64,000 nucleotides of DNA from the NCBI GenBank assembly GCA_963921275.4, contig OZ001293.3, positions 192,001 through 256,000 of the forward strand, given 5' to 3'. This DNA is from an uncultured Hormoscilla sp. (GTDB taxonomy: Bacteria; Cyanobacteriota; Cyanobacteriia; Cyanobacteriales; Desertifilaceae). Below the pieces are notes generated by a model that worked only from the letters and a program-made list of their open reading frames with translations, was not told the DNA's origin and searched no databases. Shown one piece after another: positions 30,668-41,950 of this stretch. Made by a program: the position numbers and the translations under genes. Positions within the stretch are counted from its first letter, which is position 1, and each line of letters starts with the position of its first letter.

Positions 30668-31431
30668 ATTTACACATAAGTCATAGGCGAAAGAAGGTCC
30701 GTCCCCCGCTGGTTGTCCCTTGGTAGCGAGCAATTGCCTGTAACCAGCGTATGGGCTTCTGGAGAAATGCCACTGGCAACATGAGAATGCAGGGAATCCC
30801 TAAATACAAGGGCTGTAACACATTTCCTATCAGTCCCATATCATGGAACAAGGGCAACCAACCGACACCAACCGTCTTGTCGCTATGTCCAAAGGCTAGC
30901 TTGAGCATTTCCAAATTATGCAGCAAATTCCCATGACTTACCATCACTCCTTTTGGCTTCCCTCACCACCTGGCAGTCCGAAGCTAAGTGGCTGCCGAGA
31001 ATATCTGTGGCGATAACTTTCAACCGGGCTAATTCGGGATTTTCCCCCAAGCGACTCTCGATGAGGCTCAACTGTGAAGATGTGGTCAGCGTCACTGTCG
31101 CTCCCGCATCCGATCCTATTGCCTGCAGTCTGGACGTTTTCTGATTCCGCTTGGGCGGATAAGCCGGAACTGCCACTACCCCTGCATACAAGCATCCGAA
31201 AAACCCCGCTATGAACTTCAGTCCCGACGGATACAGCAGTAACGCCCTGTCCCCAGGTTTACAGATTGACTGGAGGTAGGATGCAATGGTCCTGGCCCTA
31301 GAGTCCAATTCAAGATAACTCAATTTGTCGCTTTCTTTTTCCCCGTCCTGCAGCCATATATAAGCTGTGCTTTCTGGCTTTATGAGCGCTCTTCTAACCA
31401 GCAGTTCTACTAAATTCTCTTGCTTGCCCAT
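30668..31431 (-). pseudogene. Fatty acyl-AMP ligase, N-terminal portion
   Basis: LSYLELDSRAR, FFGCLYAGVVAVPAYPP, WLPLFHDMGLIG; the YTSGSTG P-loop is missing near 30960; frameshifts. Confidence 0.85.
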
Positions 31432-31980
31432 TCCTCTATACCCTCCAGCGAGCGCTATCTTTCAACTCTATCGGAGACTTTTTCTATTACTAATTCCTAC
31501 ACTTAAACAAGGCAGCATTCCAGTGAGATAAAGAAAATTGTTGCAGCCCTGCTTAGAGTATAGGTGGCCACTGCTGGCATCCTTTCGATGTCTCTGCTCG
31601 AACTACCCCAGAGACGAGTCAATGGCATCTAGGCACGTACTTGAGAGCGATCGCCCGTTTTAGCTAGCAACTGGCACACAGGCTGCCAGTGGTAGTTGCC
31701 GTGCCTTCGCCTCGGGCGATATCGCCCCTCTGCCAGAAACCCGGTGGGGAGCGCTAAAAAGACCTTCCACGCGCGAGCGGGCAGGGGTTTAGATGATCGC
31801 CAGTTTATGTGGGGTGGCCAGTGCGATCGCCCCATCCTCCGAAACAATTTGCGGTATCTGCAAACCCGGTTTCTCTGAGAGACCGGGTTTGTTACCACTG
31901 GCTATATGCTGCACAAATCAAATCAGCTAACGGATGTCAGGCCATAATAGTGGAACGAGTGCTGGGGGAGTGGAACGAGT

Positions 31981-32145
31981 GCGGGTTGGATAGTGACTGT
32001 CGCGGGTTGGATAGTGACTGTCGCGGGTTGAGCAGTGACCTGTGCGGGTTAGGTAGTGGACTGTGCGGGTTGGATAGTGACTGTCGCGGGTTGGATAGTG
32101 GACTGTGCGGGTTGGATAGTGGACTGTGCGGGTTGAGTAACGACC
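31981..32145. repeat. 21-bp tandem array (gcgggttggatagtg(a/g)..ctgt), 8 copies
   Basis: gcgggtt recurs exactly every 21 bp from 31981 to 32128. Confidence 0.95.
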
Positions 32146-32259
32146 GGAGTTCGGAAAGTAGCACAACTGGCCCGGATTACTCGACTTTTCCTCAGTCGCG
32201 CAATTTTGATTCCCGATTGGAGGTCGTGCCGATAGAATAACAGATAAGGTAAGATAATC

Positions 32260-32711
32260 ATGACGGACTTTATTCCACGCTCTGACGCAGAGTTCTAAAG
32301 CTGGGAAGCCAACTTCGTCAACTACCTGACTGCTAATCTGAGCGAGTTAGGATTGACCCCAAATGACTTGACCATGCTAACCAACAAGCAAGGTAAGTGG
32401 CAAAATACCTATAGCGATCATATTGCCGTGCAAGCTGCTGCTGAGAGTGTCCGCCAGAATAAAATTGATTCTCGCAAGGATTATGAGTCACTTCTGCGCA
32501 GTCTCACCAAGCAATTGCAGGCCAACCCCAAGGTAACCGATGGGGCAGGCGCGGGGCAGCCTTGAAAATACGGGTGCCCCAGACAGTTCGCACCCGAACT
32601 GCTGTGCCGACAACTCGACCTATGGGATGGGTGGATGCGAAAGATCGCCTGCGCCACTCGATTCGTTTTGTGGATAAGCAAACCCCCAACCGTCGGGCAA
32701 AACCATCTGGG
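32260..32711 (+). pseudogene. Helical + Ig/FN3-like protein, disrupted and truncated
   Basis: MTDFIPRSDAEF*SWEANFVNYL...; stop at 32296-32298, frameshift ~32545, ends at TPNRRAKPSG; paralog of 53966-54322. Confidence 0.65.
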
Positions 32712-32779
32712 AAGTTAGCCAATTTACAGGGCTAACTCTACCTGCTCGCCCTTTTGGACCCAGCGTGTCAGCCGGATTA

Positions 32780-33018
32780 CGCTGGTTAATAATTACGAGG
32801 CTGACAACAGTAGCTACCACGCTCGACACTCCATAATCATAAAAATTAAGCCAATTCCCCGACCAGGCCCAATCCCAATAATTTGTCCCACACTCTTTGC
32901 TAATAAACCACCGGTGGCCCTTAAGGGTTCTCAGACTCGATCCGCTAAAGGTCCAGCAATCAGATATCCCAGTGGCAAGGATGAACTAGCAATCATCCGT
33001 CTGGTTGCAAAGACGGAT
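32780..33018 (-). pseudogene. MFS transporter C-terminal fragment
   Basis: VFATRRMIASSSLPLGYLIAGPLADRV*...IGIGPGRGIGLIF. Confidence 0.6.
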
Positions 33019-33047
33019 CAAGGCACTCTAAATAGCTGGTCAACTGG

Positions 33048-33506
33048 TCAACTGGTCACTAGCTGAAGAATTGCCACATCAAACTCACCGACAGGTGTGA
33101 GAGATATTTGGCGACGGTCTCCAGATGCATGGGCCAGACAGATGCCCAGATAGCTGGATGGCTTATAGGGTAGTCTGTCAGCCCACTCAATGGCCGCAAT
33201 GCCCAAGGGAAACTCTACACCCTCCCAGTAGGCTTCTGGGTGCAAGGCGGCTACTTCTGCTGGTTGTAACCGGTACAAATCCAGGTGGTACAGGGGCAGG
33301 CGTCCCTCTAGATACTCATTAATCAGGGTGAAGGTCGGACTATCAATATTTTCAGTAATGCCCAGTCCAGCACCTATAGCCTGAACCAGAGTAGTTTTGC
33401 CAGACCCGAAGTCTCCTTCTAGGAGAATTACGCTACCAGCAGGCAGACTGCGCCCCAGGGCTATACCGAGGCTGTGCGTCGCTTCTGAATCGAAAACTGT
33501 AATCAT
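33048..33506 (-). CDS. tsaE: tRNA threonylcarbamoyladenosine biosynthesis ATPase
   Basis: LEGDFGSGKTT, DSPTFTLINEY, YHLDLYRL, IEWAD; start set at ATG 33506 (the upstream part of the tracked ORF is intron D6). Confidence 0.95.
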   Translation of the reverse strand: MITVFDSEATHSLGIALGRSLPAGSVILLEGDFGSGKTTLVQAIGAGLGITENIDSPTFTLINEYLEGRLPLYHLDLYRLQPAEVAALHPEAYWEGVEFPLGIAAIEWADRLPYKPSSYLGICLAHASGDRRQISLTPVGEFDVAILQLVTS

Positions 33507-33520
33507 TGATATTACATGCT

Positions 33521-33738
33521 GTTCGGGGTCCGGTTGGGAATCGCTTCCCAACCGGACCTTTCGGAACCATGCGTGCGACTTTCACCGCACCAGGCTACTT
33601 GTGGGTAGTAGGGCCCTGTCATTGGTAGGTAACTTTTGGATTACTCCCGTTGTCCCTTGCCTCATGGGATTTGGTCCCTGTTCCCATTTCTGGGCTAGCG
33701 TTCCGTGTTTGACTACGTTAGGCTATAACATGTCGCAC
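33521..33738 (-). ncRNA. Internally deleted mini group II intron (218 nt)
   Basis: GTGCG 5' end similar to 59323, joined to D5 agcctggtgcggtgaaagtcgcacgcatggtt and D6 ending ccccgaac. Confidence 0.8.
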
Positions 33739-33742
33739 ATAA

Positions 33743-35095
33743 TTATTTATCTTGTTCGTACCACCTCATTAGCACCTGGGCCAGTCGGTGGGGGTTGTGA
33801 CGGATAAAGCCAGTGTGCTCGTCCTCATCCATCACATTACTCTGGATAATCCAGCGTCCTAAGTCCCGTACTGCCTCTCGGTCTAAGAACACGGGATGAG
33901 AATTTTCTCTGGCATAGCGAACCAGGGCTTGGCCAGACGGGCTATCCTTTTGCACCAGTACGGCGCTGAATAAGGGCTTACCTACAGCGCGATCGATCGC
34001 CCGGATATGGTCGGAAACAGTATATCCGGTGGTCTCCCCCGCTTGGGTCATGATATTGCAGATATAGACGATCGGGACTTGCTGGCAGGCGATCGCCTCT
34101 GCGATTTCGGGCACCAGCAAATTAGGAATCACGCTAGTATAGAGGCTACCAGGACCGATGATCATATAATCGGCTTCTTTAATGGCCTCGATCGCCGCTG
34201 GCAAAGCCGGGGGTTCCGCAGGGGTACAGCCAATTTTGACAATTTTTCCCCCAGCGTCGGTAATGCGAGATTCTCCCTCTATCCGCCGCCCGTCTGCTAA
34301 CTCCGCCCAGAGGTTAACATCAGTCAGGGTAGCTGGGAGAACCTGACCCCGCACGGCCAAGACTTGGGAACTAGCGGCGCAAGCCTGTTCCAAATCTCCA
34401 GTAATCTCACTCATGGCCGTCAGGAACAGATTGCCAAAACTGTGGCCCACCAGCCCATCACCAGCCTGAAAGCGGTATTGAAACAACTCAGTTAATAACT
34501 TTTCCTCATCGGCCAAAGCTGCCAAGCAATTGCGAATATCCCCTGGGGGCTGCACCCCAACCTCCCGCCGCAGTCTCCCAGAAGACCCGCCATCATCCGC
34601 TACCGTGACGATCGCTGTTATATTAGCACTGTAGAACTTCAGACCTCTGAGTAAAGTAGACAGACCAGTGCCACCACCAATTGCCACTATCTTCGGGCCT
34701 CGGTTTAACCGGCGATGGTTGAGCAGCACATCCACAAGTTCTTCATCTCCTGGTGGCATTAACACCTGGGTGATGGAAGTCAGGGTGCGATTTTGCCCCC
34801 AGAAAATCAACAGGAGGCCGCAGATGAGGGCGATCGGTCCGCTGATATAGTTTGGTACGATCTTAGCAATCTGCCCCAGTACGTTCTCAATCAGTTGCAG
34901 CAGGTAAAAAATCGGGGTCTGCTTCGTCCAAATGGCTAAACCAAGACTCGTCAGCAAGACACCGCCAGCACTTAACAGCAACCAGCGCTTTACCAGTAAG
35001 CCTGGGGACAACCACTTAAACCACTGGTTCAGGCGATGGGCGGAACTACTTCCTTTGAGGGGGTTTCTAGCTTGTTTGAGTAAACGAAATGGCAT
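33743..35095 (-). CDS. yvcK: YvcK/GlmR family protein
   Basis: [39 protein letters not shown]. Confidence 0.93.
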   Translation of the reverse strand: MPFRLLKQARNPLKGSSSAHRLNQWFKWLSPGLLVKRWLLLSAGGVLLTSLGLAIWTKQTPIFYLLQLIENVLGQIAKIVPNYISGPIALICGLLLIFWGQNRTLTSITQVLMPPGDEELVDVLLNHRRLNRGPKIVAIGGGTGLSTLLRGLKFYSANITAIVTVADDGGSSGRLRREVGVQPPGDIRNCLAALADEEKLLTELFQYRFQAGDGLVGHSFGNLFLTAMSEITGDLEQACAASSQVLAVRGQVLPATLTDVNLWAELADGRRIEGESRITDAGGKIVKIGCTPAEPPALPAAIEAIKEADYMIIGPGSLYTSVIPNLLVPEIAEAIACQQVPIVYICNIMTQAGETTGYTVSDHIRAIDRAVGKPLFSAVLVQKDSPSGQALVRYARENSHPVFLDREAVRDLGRWIIQSNVMDEDEHTGFIRHNPHRLAQVLMRWYEQDK

Positions 35096-35266
35096 TTGAC
35101 GCTTGTTGGCAGGGGATATATTCTCGGTAGCTGCATTCTAGATCCTAGAGGTTAGTGGTCAGTGGTCAGTTGTTAGTTGTTAATTGAATGGGAACTGAGA
35201 ACTGGTAACTGGGAACCGGTAACTGGTAGTCGCGCTGATGTCAGGATAGGTTAGGTGGTATTATCT

Positions 35267-36049
35267 ATGGCTGAACCTTTGATTGAACTGCGGGGAATTT
35301 CTCAGACTTTTGGTGAAAATAAGGTATTGGATAACTTAGATCTAACCATTTATCGGGAAGAAGCCTTGGCAATCATTGGTCCGTCGGGGACGGGAAAATC
35401 GACGATTTTGCGGATTATTGCTGGGTTGCATGTTCCTGATAGTGGCGAAATCTATGTAGATGGCAAGCAACGCCTGGGGTTAGTCGGTGATGTAGAAGAC
35501 CCGATTACTATTGGCATGGTGTTTCAACAAGCGGCTTTATTTGACTCTTTAACTGTTGAGGAAAATGTGGGCTTTCTCCTTTACCAAAATTCTCAATTGC
35601 CCCGTCGGAAAATAAGGGAGTTGGTCAATGAAAAGCTGGAAATGGTCGGGTTGCCCGGAATAGGCGATCGCTTCCCGGCCCAGCTATCGGGGGGGATGCG
35701 CAAGCGGGTGAGTTTTGCCCGCGCGATCATGACTAACCCGACTCATCCCAAAGATTCCCCAGAAGTGATATTATATGATGAGCCAACAGCCGGTCTAGAC
35801 CCGATCGCCTCAACGGTGATCGAGGATTTAATCCGCCAGTTGCAGTCAGCAGAGGGGGGCTGTAGCTCTTACGTCATGGTTACCCACCAAGATAGCACTA
35901 TCCGTCGCACAGCCGATCGAATTGTCTTCATGCACCAAGGGAAAGCGAAGTGGGAAGGGACAGTTGATGAGATTGATACCACCGACAATCCCTGGGTGCG
36001 ACAATTTGCGAGTGGCAGTGTGGATGGTCCGATCAAGGTAGCCCGCTAA
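35267..36049 (+). CDS. MlaF/TGD3-like ABC ATPase
   Basis: GPSGTGKS, LSGGMRKRV, YDEPTAGLDP; upstream of an MCE gene. Confidence 0.9.
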   Translation: MAEPLIELRGISQTFGENKVLDNLDLTIYREEALAIIGPSGTGKSTILRIIAGLHVPDSGEIYVDGKQRLGLVGDVEDPITIGMVFQQAALFDSLTVEENVGFLLYQNSQLPRRKIRELVNEKLEMVGLPGIGDRFPAQLSGGMRKRVSFARAIMTNPTHPKDSPEVILYDEPTAGLDPIASTVIEDLIRQLQSAEGGCSSYVMVTHQDSTIRRTADRIVFMHQGKAKWEGTVDEIDTTDNPWVRQFASGSVDGPIKVAR

Positions 36050-36070
36050 AATGAGACTGGAAAATTACCC

Positions 36071-36245
36071 GTGGCGGTGTCTCCTGAGAGCTCGATGTTT
36101 CCTGGGAACTCGATGTCTCATTGGTTTACAGACGCTCTCTGTGGAACTCGTCCTGAACGAAGAAGTCACCGCCCGATTCAGTCCGCGGTGTCTGGAGCAT
36201 GCCGAGTCCTGAAGGACTCGGCATGCTCCAGACACCGAGATGCTG
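36071..36245. repeat. Cluster of nested palindromic dispersed repeats
   Basis: Several cgatgtct/cggtgtct arms; perfect hairpin cggtgtctggagcatgccgagtcc..ggactcggcatgctccagacaccg. Confidence 0.7.
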
Positions 36246-36297
36246 TCACCTGCCCAAAATGACAGATGCGTGTTTCAAGTCACTGGAAATTAATTTG

Positions 36298-36590
36298 ATG
36301 ATCCAAGCCACCTATCAGACACGGCTACCCGACGAACTCGTTCCCTTTGCGGAACGGATGAGTTTGTTAATGTCCGACGTAGAACGTCATCTCTATCAGG
36401 ACTTGAAGGCTGGTCGGGCATTGAAAGACTTGAAGCGTGAGGATCAGCTACGATTCGGCATCAATGCTCGTCAGTTCAACTCAGTGCATTCTGTTCTCAA
36501 AGGGAAGATTCGCAGCCGCAAGGAGTGTCACAAGCTACAAATCAAAGAGCTGAAGTCACGCCTCAGTGACTTAAAAAAGCGGATAAAACT
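36298..36590 (+). mobile_element. IS200/IS605 accessory (TnpB-related) N-terminal remnant
   Basis: ATYQTRL...VERHLYQDL...LKREDQLRFGINARQFNS; truncated. Confidence 0.55.
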
Positions 36591-36653
36591 GTTCGATCCA
36601 CGTCCTATAACTTTCTATAGGTTTTTAGGAACGGTGCTGATAGCGAGTGAGGC

Positions 36654-37973
36654 AATGATATGCGCAAGCAAATGGTTCGAGAAGGCACAACAGGTCTGAT
36701 GATCCTGGCAGGAATCGGTGTTTTTGGGATCCTGTTTCTGTGGTTGCGGGGCTTTGGTTTTGGTCAAGGCAGCTATGAAACGGTGGTTGAGTTTGAGGAC
36801 GTTGGCAGGATGCGAGTGGGGGCGATAGTCAGGTATCGCGGCGTACAAGTGGGCAGAATCATCAAAATCGCTCCTAAACCCAATAGTGTGGATGTAACTC
36901 TGGAAATTAGTCCGGCAGAGATAATCATCCCCAGTGATGTTTTGATAGAAGCAAATCAGTCGGGGATAGTCGGAGAAACTTCTGTAGACATCATACCTCG
37001 GAAAGCTTTACCAACGAGTGCCCAAATCACTAGCCCTCTCGACCTTAACTGCGATCGCAGTGTCATTATCTGTGACGGCGCGCGTCTGCAAGGTGAAACG
37101 GGAATCAGTTATCATGAACTGCTGCGCTCTACCATAAAAGCGAGCGATATGCTTGCCAACCCAGAGTTCTTTACTAAACTAGACAGGGCGGTTGAACAGA
37201 TAGGAAATGCTGCTGATGGTGTTAATCAGCTGACTGGCGATATTTCCAAATTGACTATATCTGTGGATAAACAACTGAATACTTTCTCGGAAACGGCTCA
37301 AACTATGGGGAAAGCCGCCGATCGAATTAGCGTCTCAGCAGCTGAACTGACAGATAAACTTACTATCTCAACCGCTCAGCTCACCGATAGACTTAACACT
37401 ACTACGGCTCAAGCAAATAAACTATTAGCTAACATGAACGATCTGGTTTCGAGTAATCGTTCTAGTCTAGTAAATACTCTCAATAATATCCAACAAACTA
37501 GCGAGGAACTCCGGGTTGCGGTTAACAGCTTGACGCCGATTATTAACAAGGTTGAACAGGGTGATTTGGTGGCTAACCTAGAGGTTCTATCTAGTAATGC
37601 CGCTGAGGCGTCAGTCAATTTTCGGGATATCTCTAAGGAAATAAATAATCCGACGAATGTGCTGATGATGCAACAAACTCTGGATTCAGCTCGTGCTACT
37701 TTTCAGAATTTCCAGAAAATTACCTCGGATATGGAAGAACTAACAGGAGATCCGGTTTTCCGCAATAACCTCCGCAATCTTGTTAATGGACTGAGTGGTC
37801 TGGTTTCTCAAACGAAACAATTACAACAGCAAGCTGAGGTTATCCAAAGGCCCGATCGCCTAAATCAGGAGAGCAAAAGTACCGTTGCTGCTGAAATAGG
37901 AGAACAGGAGATGATAGAACCAGAAATTGTGAATGGCGTTCCCAGGCGGGAGCCAGGGAATGAGGTGAATTGA
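36654..37973 (+). CDS. MlaD/MCE domain protein
   Basis: TM, then VRYRGVQVGRI...NQSGIVGETSVDI, long helical tail. Confidence 0.9.
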   Translation, partial: NDMRKQMVREGTTGLMILAGIGVFGILFLWLRGFGFGQGSYETVVEFEDVGRMRVGAIVRYRGVQVGRIIKIAPKPNSVDVTLEISPAEIIIPSDVLIEANQSGIVGETSVDIIPRKALPTSAQITSPLDLNCDRSVIICDGARLQGETGISYHELLRSTIKASDMLANPEFFTKLDRAVEQIGNAADGVNQLTGDISKLTISVDKQLNTFSETAQTMGKAADRISVSAAELTDKLTISTAQLTDRLNTTTAQANKLLANMNDLVSSNRSSLVNTLNNIQQTSEELRVAVNSLTPIINKVEQGDLVANLEVLSSNAAEASVNFRDISKEINNPTNVLMMQQTLDSARATFQNFQKITSDMEELTGDPVFRNNLRNLVNGLSGLVSQTKQLQQQAEVIQRPDRLNQESKSTVAAEIGEQEMIEPEIVNGVPRREPGNEVN

Positions 37974-38087
37974 AAATTGTTGAAGAGAAAATTGAAGATT
38001 ATTGATGATGTCGATTCGCAATTCGCAATCCTACTGAGGTTTGTAGTGAGGACTTCCGTCCTCACTACAAACCTCAGAAAAATCGGG

Positions 38088-38387
38088 CTAACTCAAATCC
38101 TCTTGCTGTGTTTCTCCCTTTTTGTAAACAGTACCTTTGGCATGCAGAAGGCGCGTGCGATCAAACAGCTGATCTTCTGTCAAATTCCACTGCTGGAGAA
38201 CTCGATCTAAGTCTGTTTGAATTTCTCTGGCTCCGGGAAAACCATGATAGCGAATTCTCAGGCGGGCTAGCTCGGCTAAATTGTAATCTATTGGTTCTTT
38301 TGCTTCCAGTAACTGATTCAGGATCTGGCGATCGTTTTTTTCTTGAGGATGCTGTTGATCGCGATCGGCTGATGAGGAGTTAGTCAT
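38088..38387 (-). CDS. Conserved cyanobacterial protein (DUF3288-like)
   Basis: DQQHPQ..DR, YNLAELARLRIRYHGFPGA. Confidence 0.75.
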   Translation of the reverse strand: MTNSSSADRDQQHPQEKNDRQILNQLLEAKEPIDYNLAELARLRIRYHGFPGAREIQTDLDRVLQQWNLTEDQLFDRTRLLHAKGTVYKKGETQQEDLS

Positions 38388-38620
38388 GTTAATTAGCAGT
38401 AAGTAAGAATAATTGCGAATTGTGCAGGTAAACTTGTTAATTGTTCCCGATCGCATGGCAATTAGCAATTAGCTGGCGCGTCCATGATGGGCAACCAGTA
38501 TCACTTGCCGATGTCTCCCGAGTTTTCGCCGTGCGTCCAGGAGACATCGGAATGAGTGATAATATTTTAGATCGCCCATGTCAAGTGATACTGCCGAGAG
38601 AATATGATAAGATCTGGGCT

Positions 38621-39190
38621 GTGCGAATCGTTTTGGCGTAAGTCTGAAATATGGCGATCGCCGGGCTAGTTAATACCAGCAACTCTGGTCATCATGGGGG
38701 TTCAATTCCCCTTCCCCCAGGTACGGGGGTGACCGCGTGAGGTGCTGCGGAGTAACATTACCGTGGTGCCTCCCGAGGACAAATGTAGGATAAGGTCTCA
38801 GCCCAGAGACCGACGCCGCATGGCTGCGCCACGCTGCGCGATCGGAAAGAGGCTCATGGTTAGAGCAAGCGAATCCCTGTAAGCATCGTCATCTTAAACA
38901 AGCGAAAAGAGGCTGACACGCTTGGTGCAAAATGCGCACGCAGTCCGCGTATCAGTGGTTGCACGTCACTGATATCGTACCCGAAATGACTGCCGGTGTA
39001 TAGGGGAGACCTAAAAGCCTCGTGAAATGATACCAGGGAACGTTCCGGACAAGAGCGGTGCTGTCCAGATGGACAAGTCAGATGTGCGTCCGCGTAGCGT
39101 GCGCGCAGCGCCTAGCGCATGCCCGCGTGGGGAGGGAGGTCCTAAGAAGCTAATGCCCGGGGTAATGCCTGTGGATATGCAGACGTAGGG
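38621..39190 (+). ncRNA. Group II intron, 5' half only
   Basis: GTGCGaatcg start; D1 motifs (cccccaggtacggggg, aaatgtaggata, gacctaaa, agggaacg) shared with the other introns; no D5/D6. Confidence 0.75.
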
Positions 39191-39274
39191 TTTCTACCTC
39201 ATACTCGATGTTCTAGGCGGAAAGTATGTAAAATTGCTAAACGCGAAAAACAAACTACAAGTTAGCCAATAATC

Positions 39275-39919
39275 ATGGTTGCTCTGAAATCAACAATATC
39301 TACCCCGCGACGGGGTGGTGCCCGCAAACCGCTTCGATGTCTCCCGAACGCACGGCGAAAACCCGGGAGAGTTCGCCTTGCGGTTGTCCGGTCAGAAAAA
39401 TATGTAAAACCGGTGCGGGATGACCTCAGCCTGGACAGGGCCAGGGTACGGTTCCCGAAAAATCGGACAGTCACCTCTAACCTTCGGCGTCTTCCGCACG
39501 CTCTTGTCCTGAAGGACGCGGCGTGCTACAGACGCCGATCGCTAATCACCAGTCACCAGCAAACACCAAACTGGTTGCGCATGCTGATCGGACTAGAACG
39601 TTGTGTCTCGGTGGTGACGATCGCCCTAGGGGCAGCTACAGTCACAGTTTATGGCTTGACGGTCTCTTCTGGACAACAGTGGAGCCGAGACTATAATAGC
39701 CTGCAAAGTCTACAACGCTACGAGCGGCAGCTGAGAGTGGCGAATGAATTGCTGAAAAATCAAATGGCTGAGCAAGCGGAAAATCCCGATACGGGTCTGG
39801 TGCCTCAAAATCCTACTAATACCATTTTTATCCCCCCAGCATCAGAGCGCCTTTCATCCGCAATCAGTCCAGTTCCTTCTACTACGGCTAGCAAACTCAC
39901 TATGCCTCTGGGATACTAA
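39275..39919 (+). CDS. FtsL-like cell division protein with in-frame repeat insertions
   Basis: TM + coiled coil + C-terminal PLGY, upstream of a PBP. Confidence 0.65.
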   Translation: MVALKSTISTPRRGGARKPLRCLPNARRKPGRVRLAVVRSEKYVKPVRDDLSLDRARVRFPKNRTVTSNLRRLPHALVLKDAACYRRRSLITSHQQTPNWLRMLIGLERCVSVVTIALGAATVTVYGLTVSSGQQWSRDYNSLQSLQRYERQLRVANELLKNQMAEQAENPDTGLVPQNPTNTIFIPPASERLSSAISPVPSTTASKLTMPLGY

Positions 39920-40111
39920 GATGAAGATGGTTAGTTGTGGGTGGTCAGTTGTCAGTTGTTTCTTCCGTGGAGCATGTTAGTTGTTAGCACCATACTAACA
40001 TGCTCCCTCAAGTTAAGCGTAAGGTGGGCGATCGCCCACCTACTCAGGGTAAGCGCAAGAATCAATAAGTGGCATACTACTGGATAAAAATTAACAATTA
40101 GTATTAGTAAG

Positions 40112-41917
40112 ATGACTAGCAAAAATTACGATCGCCCACTGCGGCGGACCAGAAAAGAACGGCAGCCAGAACGGAGATACCAGTTATCATCCCGTTGGAG
40201 ATTGTTTCTGGTTTGGCTGATATTAATGGGGGCAATTTCGAGTCTGATGGCGAACTTGTTCCGCTTGCAAGTAATTCAAAGCCCGGTGCTGCGAGCTAAA
40301 GCGATCGCGCAACGGACCTCAGAGGACGGTCCCGTGCCTCGACGCCCGATAGTTGACCGCAATGGCGTGGTTTTGGCGATCGATCAGCCCGCCTATACTC
40401 TGTACGCTCATCCTAAGTTGTTTAAGCAAAAGCTAGAGACGATCGCCCATAGGGTGGCCCCGATCGTCAAGCGCCCTGCTGCCAAGTTGTTCGCACAATT
40501 GGGTACAGCCCCGAGTGGTATTATGATCGAATATGCTTTAACTGAGGATCTCGCTCATCGGATTACAAGCTTGCAAATTGATGGACTAGAGCTAGTTTCA
40601 CATCAGCAGCGCCTTTACCCACAAGGGGATCTGTTTGCTGAGGTGGTCGGTTATGTGGATGTGGATCTTCAAGGTCGAGCAGGTGTAGAAGCTGTTCATC
40701 AGAATTTATTGGAACGCTCTATTAAACCAATATGGCTGAACCGTGCTGGTGATGGTTCGATTTTACCAGATCAATTGCCTGCGGGATTTTTGGATACAGA
40801 TGAATTACAACTGGCGCTGACTCTCGATAGTCGCTTGCAACGGATCACCCGATCGACCCTGAAGCGACAGATGGAGAAATTCAAAGCTAAGCGAGGCACT
40901 GTTATTGTTATGGATGCCACTGATGGTGCTTTGCTGTCTTTGGTGGTTGAGCCTAATTATGATTCTAATCTTTACTATAAATCCCCAATTGAGTTGTTGA
41001 AGAATTGGGCCATCAGCGATCTATATGAACCTGGTTCTACTTTTAAACCTGTCAATGTGGCGATCGCCCTGGAGTCAAAGGCGATCGCACCTGGTAGCAC
41101 CTTCTATGATGAAGGTCAACTGCACATTGATAACTGGCCGATTCAAAACCATGATTTCACCTCTGGGGTGAGTAGAAGAAAGTTGAATGTTATTCAAATT
41201 ATGCAATATTCCAGCAATGTGGGCATGGTTCATATCATGGAAAAGTTGCCTTCAGCAGTTTATTATAATTGGCTAAAACGACTGGGACTGGGGGAAAACA
41301 TTGGCATTGACTTGCCCGGTGAAATGTCAGGTCAGATTAAGACTAAAGCTCAGTTTACTGGTTCACCTGTTGAACCAGCTACTACTGCTTTTGGTCAGGG
41401 ATTTTCTTTGACTCCCCTTCAGCTGGCACAAATTCAAGCTATCCTAGCTAATGGTGGCTACTTGGTGACACCTCATGTGGTACGGGGACTATTCGATAGC
41501 AAGGGACAAGCCCATTGGCAGACTCAGCTACCGCCACCAAAGCAAATCTTCTCTTTCCAAACGACTCAAACTGTCCTGGAAATGATGGAAAATGTTGTCA
41601 GTCAGGGAACTGGTAAGGCGGCCCAAATTCCTAACTATCGCATTGCTGGTAAAACGGGTACGGCTCAGAAAGCTCATCCCCAGGGTGGCTATTACGATCG
41701 CGCTAAAATCACTAGCTTTGTGGGTATTTTGCCTGTCAACCTTCCCCCAGATCCGGGTGATGGCGATCGGGCTTCTCGGCCAGCCCGCCGCTATGTGGTT
41801 TTGGCTGTGATTGATGAACCGATCGGGGATGATGCTTATGGCAGTACTGTCGCTGCCCCGATCGTCAAGTCCGTCATGGAATCTTTGATTACTATTGCAC
41901 AGATTTCACCCCGATAG
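40112..41917 (+). CDS. ftsI: Class B penicillin-binding protein
   Basis: RRPIVDRNG, YEPGSTFK (SxxK), SSN, KTGT. Confidence 0.88.
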   Translation: MTSKNYDRPLRRTRKERQPERRYQLSSRWRLFLVWLILMGAISSLMANLFRLQVIQSPVLRAKAIAQRTSEDGPVPRRPIVDRNGVVLAIDQPAYTLYAHPKLFKQKLETIAHRVAPIVKRPAAKLFAQLGTAPSGIMIEYALTEDLAHRITSLQIDGLELVSHQQRLYPQGDLFAEVVGYVDVDLQGRAGVEAVHQNLLERSIKPIWLNRAGDGSILPDQLPAGFLDTDELQLALTLDSRLQRITRSTLKRQMEKFKAKRGTVIVMDATDGALLSLVVEPNYDSNLYYKSPIELLKNWAISDLYEPGSTFKPVNVAIALESKAIAPGSTFYDEGQLHIDNWPIQNHDFTSGVSRRKLNVIQIMQYSSNVGMVHIMEKLPSAVYYNWLKRLGLGENIGIDLPGEMSGQIKTKAQFTGSPVEPATTAFGQGFSLTPLQLAQIQAILANGGYLVTPHVVRGLFDSKGQAHWQTQLPPPKQIFSFQTTQTVLEMMENVVSQGTGKAAQIPNYRIAGKTGTAQKAHPQGGYYDRAKITSFVGILPVNLPPDPGDGDRASRPARRYVVLAVIDEPIGDDAYGSTVAAPIVKSVMESLITIAQISPR

Positions 41918-41950
41918 AAGAATGCAACTCCAAAGAAAATAGAATACAAT

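Noticed and set aside
38600..38620. tRNA 5' end as the target of the 38621 intron
   Set aside because: Only gggct precedes the intron and no tRNA remainder is visible.
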